Source: a virus (lineage: Duplodnaviria; Caudoviricetes). Taken from it: a stretch of 64,000 nt of DNA. The notes beneath the pieces are model-generated. The model saw nothing but the letters and a program-made list of their open reading frames with translations, did not search any database and was not told where the DNA came from. Below, in pieces: positions 8,100 to 16,368 of the stretch. Both the position numbers and the translations under genes were made by a program. Position 1 is the first letter of the stretch, and each line of letters starts with the position of its first letter. Location: positions 1 through 64,000 of IMG/VR virus record IMGVR_UViG_3300002220_000003. One strand, given 5' to 3'.

Positions 8100-9000
8100 A
8101 AAATTCCTCCCCGATAACTTGCGAAATTTTTTCTACTATTGACTCCTCAATCTTGTTATCCTTGATAAACTTCCATAGATTATCCATAAAAGAAACATCT
8201 CCACTCACAATATCTGTTTTAACACTACTAATAAATTGATCAAGAATGCTATCGGCCTCCTCTTTATAATCAATATGATCTCTTGATAAAACCTTCTCTG
8301 CGAGATCATGGGGAATCTCTTGCCAATTCATGTTTTCATCATCAATATCCCAAACCCAAAACCCGGGGCAATGTTTGTAATTATAAATATTTGCTTCCCG
8401 GCGGATCATCGGCCCGGCATTAACAATATGTCGATCTCCTATTTGAATATGAAATTTTTTATGGATATCGCCGCAAAGTATAATCCGATAATTTTTATGT
8501 TGAGCAAGATAAGTTTTCGCGTCTAAATAATCTTGTCCTGACCATAAACTTTCATCACATATTGCTTTATGAATAACCAAAATATTATTACCGCTATTAT
8601 TTAATACAGGGGGCTCCTGTCCATAATGACAACCATAAATATCATATCCCTCAATATTCTTAGGGTCAAATCCGAGAATTTTGACAAATCCGGCACCGGC
8701 AAGAGCACCAAGAATTGTCGCTTTTCTTGTCTGCTCATTATACATCACGGTATCATGCTGACCATAAATAGTATAGAATGGCTCATTGATCAAAAAAATA
8801 TGTTGCAGATCGCTTAATAAATGCCAACTCCGGGGCTTATGGGAAAGATCACCGGCATGTAAAATCCCTGCTCTATTCTTTTCTGCCCAGTCAAGAACAT
8901 ACTGCAATTTACGATACCCCGCCTCTTTGCAATCATCAAGACGCGCCCGTGGATTATCAACAGATAAATGCATATCACTGATCAAAACAAATTTATTCAT
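8089..9000 (-). CDS. Mre11/SbcD-like metallophosphoesterase nuclease
   Basis: SDMH, AGD, GQHD, IHK and GDIH motifs. Confidence 0.9.
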   Translation of the reverse strand: MNKFVLISDMHLSVDNPRARLDDCKEAGYRKLQYVLDWAEKNRAGILHAGDLSHKPRSWHLLSDLQHIFLINEPFYTIYGQHDTVMYNEQTRKATILGALAGAGFVKILGFDPKNIEGYDIYGCHYGQEPPVLNNSGNNILVIHKAICDESLWSGQDYLDAKTYLAQHKNYRIILCGDIHKKFHIQIGDRHIVNAGPMIRREANIYNYKHCPGFWVWDIDDENMNWQEIPHDLAEKVLSRDHIDYKEEADSILDQFISSVKTDIVSGDVSFMDNLWKFIKDNKIEESIVEKISQVIGEEFYGK

Positions 9001-10205
9001 AATTCCTTCTCAATCTTCTTAATAATCTTATCATCAATTTCACCTAAACAAGTAGGACATATTTTTTCGGAGCGGAGAAGTGCTATATACCTTTCCCGGT
9101 ATTTTTTCCTTTTATCTTGATCTTGATCCATCATATCAATTATATCCTGAATTTGATTAAGTCTGCGTTCTAAGCAATTTCTATCATCGATTGTTTGTTG
9201 ATATTGTAATAAATCCTCCAAATCCGCCTGAATAATCGAAAGATCATTTATTTTAATATCGATATCTCTAATTGTATATATCTGCTTCGAAAGATCCTTG
9301 GCCGATTGAGTAACTTCCTGCATCATAATCAGCCTGTCTATCGAATCACATAATAGCCTCAATCGATTTATATCTTGATCAAGGACATTTACCCTGTCGA
9401 TTGATCTTTTTTGCTGTATAAGCAATTGTAGATCAGTCTCCGCCCGGTTTATTTTCTCTACCAACCCCTGTAAATCATCTACAAGCGGAACAGCCTTCCT
9501 GATCTCGACATCAATATCTTCAATTTTGACCAAACAATTATCTATCGAATTTGCCATCGATGTATTTTTGGTATACTCAACATCAATTTCTTGGAGGCGC
9601 CTGATTAACAATTCAAAATCCTCAAACCCTTTATATTTAATCAATTCAGATTCGATCTCTTTTGCCTGATCAAGCAACATCTTTATTTCATGTTTTGCTT
9701 CATTGACCTGCTTCATCAAATCAGATTTCCAAGAATCCACTTTCTCGAGTTTTGTGATTCGATTGATAGTCCGGGCAATCTCTCCCGGAGATGATAAGGC
9801 AAGAAATGGAACATCAAACTGATTTTGAATATTGATCTCGCTAATATTAAGAAAATCTCTGATCTCCATCGGAACATCTGTACCCGGAGAAAATGTCTGT
9901 CCATCAAAACCATACTCAGTTCCCTCAAGTACTTTTGTTCCTTCTTTCGTCCGCTTAATGGATTTAGTAATCATCACCGATTTACCATCAAGAAAAAGTT
10001 TGATCTGAGTCTGTCCTTTTTGCGTAATAAAATTTGAGAAATATTTTGCTCCTGACGGCCGATTATAAATAACCAATCGCAATGCTCTAAGTATTGCTGT
10101 CTTACCCGCCTGCGACAATCCATATATCACATTAATGCCGGAATCAAAATCAATCTTCGTCTTACGATGAGATTGAAAATTGGTAATCGTTAAGGATTCA
10201 AACAT
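8997..10205 (-). CDS. N-terminal half of a split Rad50/SbcC (Walker A, coiled coil, zinc hook)
   Basis: NFQSH, Walker A GLSQAGKT, Q-loop QNQFD, and CPTC 16 residues from the C-terminus. Start re-called to 10205. Confidence 0.87.
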   Translation of the reverse strand: MFESLTITNFQSHRKTKIDFDSGINVIYGLSQAGKTAILRALRLVIYNRPSGAKYFSNFITQKGQTQIKLFLDGKSVMITKSIKRTKEGTKVLEGTEYGFDGQTFSPGTDVPMEIRDFLNISEINIQNQFDVPFLALSSPGEIARTINRITKLEKVDSWKSDLMKQVNEAKHEIKMLLDQAKEIESELIKYKGFEDFELLIRRLQEIDVEYTKNTSMANSIDNCLVKIEDIDVEIRKAVPLVDDLQGLVEKINRAETDLQLLIQQKRSIDRVNVLDQDINRLRLLCDSIDRLIMMQEVTQSAKDLSKQIYTIRDIDIKINDLSIIQADLEDLLQYQQTIDDRNCLERRLNQIQDIIDMMDQDQDKRKKYRERYIALLRSEKICPTCLGEIDDKIIKKIEKEL

Positions 10206-10812
10206 TCCTCTTCTCCAAAATCCATGAAGGATCAAATTTTTTCAAAAAAATCTCGAGCCTATAAAAATATAAAACATCATTCTCAATCAAGTCAAAAACC
10301 ATAATTTCAGGCTGCCTTGTCCATCCCGGTTTAAGCAAAAATTTATCCATGAAAAAATGATTAACCACTACAACTGGAACATGGAAATCTCTCTTAAAAA
10401 TAAGCAAAGGCATTTTCTTAACAAGGTTTGCTGCCTTGATCGTCTGTGTCCAAAATTTAGAAATCACCAAAGACGAAAAAACCAACCCATTACCATCAAC
10501 GACTTCAAGAAGATCCCATGGAATATTCTTAACCTTCTCTTTCACATTTGCTCTCTTCGCCTTTGTCTTGTTGGTTGGGCTTTTTTTGATCGAATATCCC
10601 GATTTACATTCTATACAAAAAAACTCTGTCAAAGGGATACCCACCTCTCTCACCGCTATGATATCTCCCTCCTGCATCTGTGCATTATAAGCCTTGCCTG
10701 TCCGGCGAAGTCGATTCCTCCAAAAACAATCATCCGATTTACCTTTTGTCCACCAAAGAGATAGCTCCCTTGCTACATCTCTCTCAAATTTACCGCCTTT
10801 ACCAACCGCCAT
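10198..10812 (-). CDS. Holliday junction resolvase (Hjc-like PD-(D/E)xK)
   Basis: GKGGKFERDVA, GDII, IECKSG. Confidence 0.8.
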   Translation of the reverse strand: MAVGKGGKFERDVARELSLWWTKGKSDDCFWRNRLRRTGKAYNAQMQEGDIIAVREVGIPLTEFFCIECKSGYSIKKSPTNKTKAKRANVKEKVKNIPWDLLEVVDGNGLVFSSLVISKFWTQTIKAANLVKKMPLLIFKRDFHVPVVVVNHFFMDKFLLKPGWTRQPEIMVFDLIENDVLYFYRLEIFLKKFDPSWILEKRNV

Positions 10813-10891
10813 TTTATTCCTCCCTAATACTATTATATCCCTTTTATCATCATCTTCCCGGGAATAGGAAAATGATCAATCAATCCCCCTA

Positions 10892-11782
10892 TCATCTGGA
10901 TCCTGATAATAAATTAAACAAGTTTCTCCATTCATCGATCTTTGTCAAAAAAGATGCAAAACCATATTTCTTAAAGGTCTCCATAAACTCTATTGTATAC
11001 AATTTGTCATCAACAGGATATTCATCAATTCTGATAGGCTTGATCCCTGAATATGGCAGGCTGACCAATCCCAAATTTCTTAAAATGATATCCTTTGAAT
11101 TATCAATCCGATCTTTTATCTTGCCGGCCGGCAAATCTCCTCTGATATATTGCACGGCTTTAATATCCCCTACTCCCTCAACTCCTTTTACAGTATCTGT
11201 ATTACAACCGGCGATCGCTTTAACCATTTTCCAATCAAAAGGATTGATGCCAAAAGCCTGACGAAAATCATCAATAGTCGTGAATCGCTTACCATTATAT
11301 AATCTTGTTTCCCTAACGGCCCCCCTGACCAATAATTGAAAAAGATCCTCATCATTGGAAATGATTGTATAATCGTCAGGGAATCTATAACACAACTCCG
11401 CTATCAAATCATCCGACTCATACCCGGGCTGGGAATAAATATTTTTAAATCCCATTGCCGGCAAAACCTTTTCTTCTATCTCTACAAATTGCTTTTTTGC
11501 CTGAATCAGATTTGCTATCTCCTGACTGGTTTTATTAGTATCTCTTTTTTTATAATCAGGATAAACTAACCGACGATATGACTTTGGTGAATCAAAACAA
11601 AAAACAAATTTACTCGATTCAAACTCCTCTGCGAGCTTCTTTATCTGATTTAAAAAACCATAAATAATATTCGTATCATGATCATCAAAAGAAAAATTTC
11701 TGGGCATGGTATAAAAAGATTTATAACATAAATAAAATGAATCGATAATCAATACCCATTGTTTATCTTTTTTGCCAGACAT
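10892..11782 (-). CDS. 5'-3' exonuclease / flap endonuclease (Pol I 5' domain, T4 RNase H-like)
   Basis: LIIDS, FDSPKSYRR..YPDYK, ESDD, SNDEDLFQL, GCNTDTVKGVEGVG. Confidence 0.92.
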   Translation of the reverse strand: MSGKKDKQWVLIIDSFYLCYKSFYTMPRNFSFDDHDTNIIYGFLNQIKKLAEEFESSKFVFCFDSPKSYRRLVYPDYKKRDTNKTSQEIANLIQAKKQFVEIEEKVLPAMGFKNIYSQPGYESDDLIAELCYRFPDDYTIISNDEDLFQLLVRGAVRETRLYNGKRFTTIDDFRQAFGINPFDWKMVKAIAGCNTDTVKGVEGVGDIKAVQYIRGDLPAGKIKDRIDNSKDIILRNLGLVSLPYSGIKPIRIDEYPVDDKLYTIEFMETFKKYGFASFLTKIDEWRNLFNLLSGSR

Positions 11783-12877
11783 CTATCCCTCAAACTTCGG
11801 AGCTCTATCAGGAGCAACTTCCGCTTCCATTTCCTGCCATTCCTTCTCGACCAATACCCGGATCTCATCAACAAGATCATTTTTTTCTACATAACCAATA
11901 AAATCAACCCGGGACATCCTTTCATCATCAAACTCTATTTCTTTTGCTTTCGGCCCCCAATACCAATTTATCATACTGGTAAGATCGTCAATGCCATAAT
12001 CATAAACAATCGTGATATCTCCTTCACGATATGGCTTTGCAACCTTGTTTCTTTTAAATCTCCCCCGGGAAATAATTCCCTGCACCCATGACTTTCCCCG
12101 AAATGTTCTTTTGATTTCGTCATACTCTGCCAACCAACAAACTTGATGAGTATAGAAATCAAGGCCCTTGCCCCCGGTTCGATAATATCTATCTCCAAAC
12201 ATGACATTGATCTTTTCCCTGACCTGAGAGATAATAATCAATGTTGCATCTTTTTCGTCCATTATACCACAAATATTTCCGAAGAAATCATTGGCATACT
12301 TCTGCTTCTCCATTGCATAGGTGCCCTTTTTCTTATCACTATCATCATCTTCTCTCTGCCGGATCGCCTCATCCATTGCCTTTTCAAATCTCTCAATACC
12401 CACTTTAGATCGAAGCGCATCCCATGAATCGACAATATATAACAAATGTTGACCTGATTTCAAACGATCTGTCCGCCGGCCAAAATCAGCACCAAATTCT
12501 TCAATAGTTTTCGTGGCAATCCATTCCACTCCCTTAACAAAAGATTCACCATACATCTTTTTAAGTGGAAAATCCATCACCCTCTCAGGATTATTATATA
12601 CAATCTGGATATCTTTAACCGGGGCAAATATCTTTGATTCCTTTTTTCTTATCTTATAAAAATCATGCGCCGCAGTCTCAAGAGCAAGAATCGTTTTGCC
12701 GGATGATCCATCACCAACAATATTAACAATGTGCCCCCGGGCCCATCCCCCATTTATTCCTTTTCCGGATCCCGCGAGATTTAAAATAGTGGAGCCCGTG
12801 GTGATAAATTCCACAGGCTCTTCTTTGATCTCTTTCTTCGCGGCTTGTTTAATCTGATCTGTTTCTTTTTTTGCCAT
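11783..12877 (-). CDS. recA: RecA/UvsX-like recombinase
   Basis: ITTGSTILN, Walker A GDGSSGKT, IVDS, IISQVRE, TGGKGLDFY, RNKVAKPYR. Confidence 0.92.
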   Translation of the reverse strand: MAKKETDQIKQAAKKEIKEEPVEFITTGSTILNLAGSGKGINGGWARGHIVNIVGDGSSGKTILALETAAHDFYKIRKKESKIFAPVKDIQIVYNNPERVMDFPLKKMYGESFVKGVEWIATKTIEEFGADFGRRTDRLKSGQHLLYIVDSWDALRSKVGIERFEKAMDEAIRQREDDDSDKKKGTYAMEKQKYANDFFGNICGIMDEKDATLIIISQVREKINVMFGDRYYRTGGKGLDFYTHQVCWLAEYDEIKRTFRGKSWVQGIISRGRFKRNKVAKPYREGDITIVYDYGIDDLTSMINWYWGPKAKEIEFDDERMSRVDFIGYVEKNDLVDEIRVLVEKEWQEMEAEVAPDRAPKFEG

Positions 12878-12884
12878 CGCCGCC

Positions 12885-13139
12885 TCACTTTTTATCGGAT
12901 GTTTTTTCCTGCTTTTCCTTCTCTTTTGTTTTATTGATTTCCTGCAATTTTTTTATAATGCCCTGCAGTTCGGAATCTTGCCTCTGAAACTCCTGACTTC
13001 TCTCTCTTTGTTCACATTGAATCGCCCGGCCCTTCCATGTCAAATAATCTTCTTCGGTAATATCTTTCGCCGTCGATATCCCTGTGAACAAAATAGTCAT
13101 CAATATCAATGCCAGAAATACAAAACAAAATCTTTTCAT
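12885..13139 (-). CDS. Secreted or membrane-anchored coiled-coil protein
   Basis: Signal-peptide-like MKRFCFVFLALILMTILFTGISTA. Confidence 0.6.
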   Translation of the reverse strand: MKRFCFVFLALILMTILFTGISTAKDITEEDYLTWKGRAIQCEQRERSQEFQRQDSELQGIIKKLQEINKTKEKEKQEKTSDKK

Positions 13140-13261
13140 ACTACCTCCTTATTTTTGGGGAGAGCATGTAGCCGGCCCAGAACATCAAGTCGCTGTTCAT
13201 CTTATCGGCTCTTTTTAGACTCTGTGGCATTTATAAATATGCCCTCCCTGTATATCCGAAA

Positions 13262-14422
13262 TTACATCCGCCTGCGTCTTGCCGGGGGATTGTCTTTACC
13301 TTGATCATCATCATCAGCCGGCCGCCTTCTCCGTGGAGGCTCTTCATCTTGATCTGATTGTTTTTGCTTACCGCTATCACCTGCGCCACCTTGATCATCG
13401 TCATCAGCCGGCCGCCCTCTCCGTGGAGGCTCTTCATCGGCCTCTTTTGCTATCCGGGCAGCTTTATCGGCAGCAGCCTTCTTGGCACAGGCATCCCAAA
13501 CTTCGCACCGGCCACATTCTTTATAAACATCAACCGCGCCGAACTCATATCCGCTCGGACAATCTGTTTCCGATTTTCTTTTACCCGGAGTATCTTCCTC
13601 TCTTTTGGGTTTGCGATAAGATACAACATCTTCCGCAGGTTGATTTTTGCCTGTCCCTCTAAATGCGCCATCGGATTCCTCAGCCTCTTCGCCATAATAC
13701 CATGTCATTATGTCTTCGTATGACGGGATATCAATGAGGGTATCAAGCTGCGGGGCCTGACTAATCAGATTAGGATCAAGATCGTAATCACGATCCTCAA
13801 ACCGGATGCCGATGAATTTCGTTTTATCCCTTTCGCCTTCTTTTTTGAAAACAATCGTTTTGCCCTTTTCGATATCCATAAAAGGGACAAGAGGATCAAC
13901 ATTTCTATCCCCGGGCCTGATCGCTCTCTTTGCCATCTCCCTCAAATACATTTCAAGAAGATAGAATGAGGTATGAAATACCTGAATCCCTTTTGCCTCT
14001 TCCTGACGGGTATCATAGCAAATAACATTGTAGATTGTCCGGGGGTATCTACTCGGTGTCAGGAGCTTTATGATCTTCTCAGATCCCTCTTCTCCTCCCG
14101 CCCTTTGCCGGCGGATCCGATCCTCACATACCGGGCATTTCTTGCCATAGGTCTCAAGAAGACATATCTTTATCCCCTCTTTTACACCGCAGTTTTGATG
14201 AACAAATAGCTCAAGAAGATATGTTCCCTCTCCTTCTTTGCAATTTGGATCATTCGGACCGGCGATATATGGGATTATATCGAACATGTGCTGACCATCC
14301 CCCGGCGACCAAAAATTGATACCCGTAAGGCCCGACTTAAAAATCCCCAATGACACTTTACCACCCGATTGCATTCTCTGCAACAATCGGTCTCGCATTT
14401 CATTACGATCTTTCATTATCAC
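13262..14422 (-). CDS. Single-stranded DNA-binding protein (gp32-like) with a long low-complexity charged tail
   Basis: HQNCG..C..TYGKKCPVCE zinc motif, YNVI..D, DLD-type core; next to recA; RRR/DDDD repeats at the C-terminus. Confidence 0.72.
   Translation of the reverse strand: MIMKDRNEMRDRLLQRMQSGGKVSLGIFKSGLTGINFWSPGDGQHMFDIIPYIAGPNDPNCKEGEGTYLLELFVHQNCGVKEGIKICLLETYGKKCPVCEDRIRRQRAGGEEGSEKIIKLLTPSRYPRTIYNVICYDTRQEEAKGIQVFHTSFYLLEMYLREMAKRAIRPGDRNVDPLVPFMDIEKGKTIVFKKEGERDKTKFIGIRFEDRDYDLDPNLISQAPQLDTLIDIPSYEDIMTWYYGEEAEESDGAFRGTGKNQPAEDVVSYRKPKREEDTPGKRKSETDCPSGYEFGAVDVYKECGRCEVWDACAKKAAADKAARIAKEADEEPPRRGRPADDDDQGGAGDSGKQKQSDQDEEPPRRRRPADDDDQGKDNPPARRRRM
13298..13438. repeat. 51-bp intragenic duplication (period 90) in the SSB tail
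   Basis: ACCTTGATCATC(A/G)TCATCAGCCGGCCGCC(T/C)TCTCCGTGGAGGCTCTTCATC at 13298-13348 and 13388-13438; encodes DEEPPRR.R.PADDDDQG twice. Confidence 0.85.
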
Positions 14423-14585
14423 TTCCTCCTTTTCTTTTAAATTTCGTTAAAAAATTATGCCGTGCATCAAAATAACTCCTGAAAATCGCCGACGAGAAAA
14501 TCCTAATCGCCAGATACAAAATTAACAATCCGGCAATTCCCATAACTACATATTTGAGGGTGTCATATAATGCATTAATCACCAT
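14403..14585 (-). CDS. Small membrane protein
   Basis: 60 aa with one hydrophobic helix and a basic tail. Confidence 0.6.
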   Translation of the reverse strand: MVINALYDTLKYVVMGIAGLLILYLAIRIFSSAIFRSYFDARHNFLTKFKRKGGSDNERS

Positions 14586-15141
14586 TTACCCTCCTTCTAT
14601 TTAATCCCTCTCTTAACTCACCTCCTATCTGTTTTGCCCTTCTCAATCGATCTTCTTGGTATCCTGAAGGTTGTTTTGGTTCGCTATGATAATTATTCAT
14701 GTACAAAGCAGCCAGATTTTCAAGGCTTTTTTTCCTTGCCTGCATCGCCTTAACGGCTGCGGCATACATCTTCTCTTCCTCAACCGCATCAATAAAGTCA
14801 TCAACAGCACGTTTTATCAATTCCTGTTGATCATTTTGCATCTTGATAAATTCAGGATCGGTAATGATAGCCGAATCAATTGCCCTCTCGCTCGGCGGAT
14901 TTGGCAAATCATAATCATTGGGGTATTTTCTAATATCAATATCGATCATCGCCCGTAATTTATCAATCTTAGTTTTTGCCTCCGCTCTCACTATCTTCAA
15001 ATTTTGTTCCCTTTGATTAAAAACCTTGAGGGAATGAGCGTGCTTCAAACTCCATTTCATCATTAGGGATGGTTGACGATCCCATTCATAATCAAGATTA
15101 TTTTCATCAATAATAATGTCCTGCTCGTAAGAAGTATCCAT
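14575..15141 (-). CDS. UvsY-like recombination mediator (coiled coil)
   Basis: IIIDENNLDYEWDRQP..W and C-terminal R...LENLA.LY...Y.S.P pattern; lies near SSB and RecA. Confidence 0.6.
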   Translation of the reverse strand: MDTSYEQDIIIDENNLDYEWDRQPSLMMKWSLKHAHSLKVFNQREQNLKIVRAEAKTKIDKLRAMIDIDIRKYPNDYDLPNPPSERAIDSAIITDPEFIKMQNDQQELIKRAVDDFIDAVEEEKMYAAAVKAMQARKKSLENLAALYMNNYHSEPKQPSGYQEDRLRRAKQIGGELREGLNRRRVNGD

Positions 15142-15155
15142 ATATATATTATATC

Positions 15156-16076
15156 CTATTTCTTATTAACAGATCGATAACATGCCAATGTAAGACCTCC
15201 TTTTTTTGAATACATAAAAGAGGACAAAAAATTCGCTATGATATCAGCGGCCCGGGAATTATCTTCACCCAATAAAACCACATTCATATATCCAAGAACA
15301 GCATACCTGACACTTTCCGGATCATCTTGTATCCCGGCCAATATTTTCGATACTTCTTTCCACGATAATCCTTTCAATAGAGCCTGACATAAATCTTTGA
15401 TATTTGCAGCATTTGCATTATAGGTCATGATCGCATTTATCAAAGCATTATCATCATCAATATCAATCACGGTATCGAGCATAACCAATGCTTCTCTCGG
15501 ACTACCTTCAGATAATTTTATTATCTGTTCGATTGCCATATCCGGGATATCAACCTTTTCCAATTTCAAAACTTTCTTGATCAACTCCCTCATTACCTTG
15601 CTTGAAAAAAGTTTTACCTCGCATATCGAACACCTACTCCTAACCGTCGCCAAAACCTGTTCGGGATTAGTTGTAGCCAAAATCAAAGTTACATGGCTTG
15701 GGGGTTTTTCAAGGAGTTTGAGAAGTGCATTCTGGCCCTCATTTGTGATCTTATGGCATTCATCAAGAAAATATATTTTTCTCACTCCATTGATAGGAGC
15801 AAATTGACTTGTCATTCTTATCTCCCTGATAGTATCAACGCCCCTTGTGCTTGCCGTATCGAGCTCCACAAAATCCCTATTATCGACTTTCAATTCTCCC
15901 TGAATAATTCCTGCAAGGGTCGTCTTGCCGCAGCCACGGGGACCGATTAATAATATTGCAGGTGGCGGCCCGCTTGCTCTCCGGCAAAGGTTTTTCAGGG
16001 TAACGATTGTATCTTCATTTCCAACAAAATCATCAAACTTTTTTGGCCTGTATTTTTCTTGTAACGGCTCTGCCAT
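15156..16076 (-). CDS. dnaX: Clamp loader AAA+ subunit (DnaX gamma/tau-like, short form)
   Basis: LQEKYRPKKFDDFVG, GPRGCGKTT, LDECHK, NALLKLLEKPP, TVRSRC, GSPREA. Confidence 0.92.
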   Translation of the reverse strand: MAEPLQEKYRPKKFDDFVGNEDTIVTLKNLCRRASGPPPAILLIGPRGCGKTTLAGIIQGELKVDNRDFVELDTASTRGVDTIREIRMTSQFAPINGVRKIYFLDECHKITNEGQNALLKLLEKPPSHVTLILATTNPEQVLATVRSRCSICEVKLFSSKVMRELIKKVLKLEKVDIPDMAIEQIIKLSEGSPREALVMLDTVIDIDDDNALINAIMTYNANAANIKDLCQALLKGLSWKEVSKILAGIQDDPESVRYAVLGYMNVVLLGEDNSRAADIIANFLSSFMYSKKGGLTLACYRSVNKK

Positions 16077-16368
16077 ATCGTATTCCTCCCCATTTATTTA
16101 AATCTTTGATCGTTTGATTAACCCTCTCTACAATAATCTTTTTTATACCATTTTGCATCAGAGGGCAATTCTCTATTGAATCAGAAGGACATTTCCTTCT
16201 ACAATTATCCGGGCAAGGAGAATCATTTTCCGAATATACTATGTCTCCTAAAAAATTGATAAGAGAAGAATATCCCAATGATTCATATTTGAACGGCAAC
16301 AATTCATCATTTTTTGTCTTCTCATAAAAATCAATATTTAAGTCTCCGACAAGATTTTCCAAAAACAT
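16033..16368 (-). CDS. Hypothetical protein
   Basis: 111-aa ORF between dnaE and dnaX. Confidence 0.5.
   Translation of the reverse strand: MFLENLVGDLNIDFYEKTKNDELLPFKYESLGYSSLINFLGDIVYSENDSPCPDNCRRKCPSDSIENCPLMQNGIKKIIVERVNQTIKDLNKWGGIRYGRAVTRKIQAKKV

Noticed and set aside
10680-11261. Long plus-strand ORFs (e.g. 10680..11261, 22770..23264, 34807..35388, 50696..51124)
   Set aside because: They are antisense shadows of well-supported minus-strand genes and show no recognisable motifs.
13145-13255. Possible ncRNA after the SSB gene (AGCCG/CGGCT and GAACA/TGTTC stems)
   Set aside because: The stems are short and match no motif I recognise; this could be an ordinary mRNA stability hairpin.
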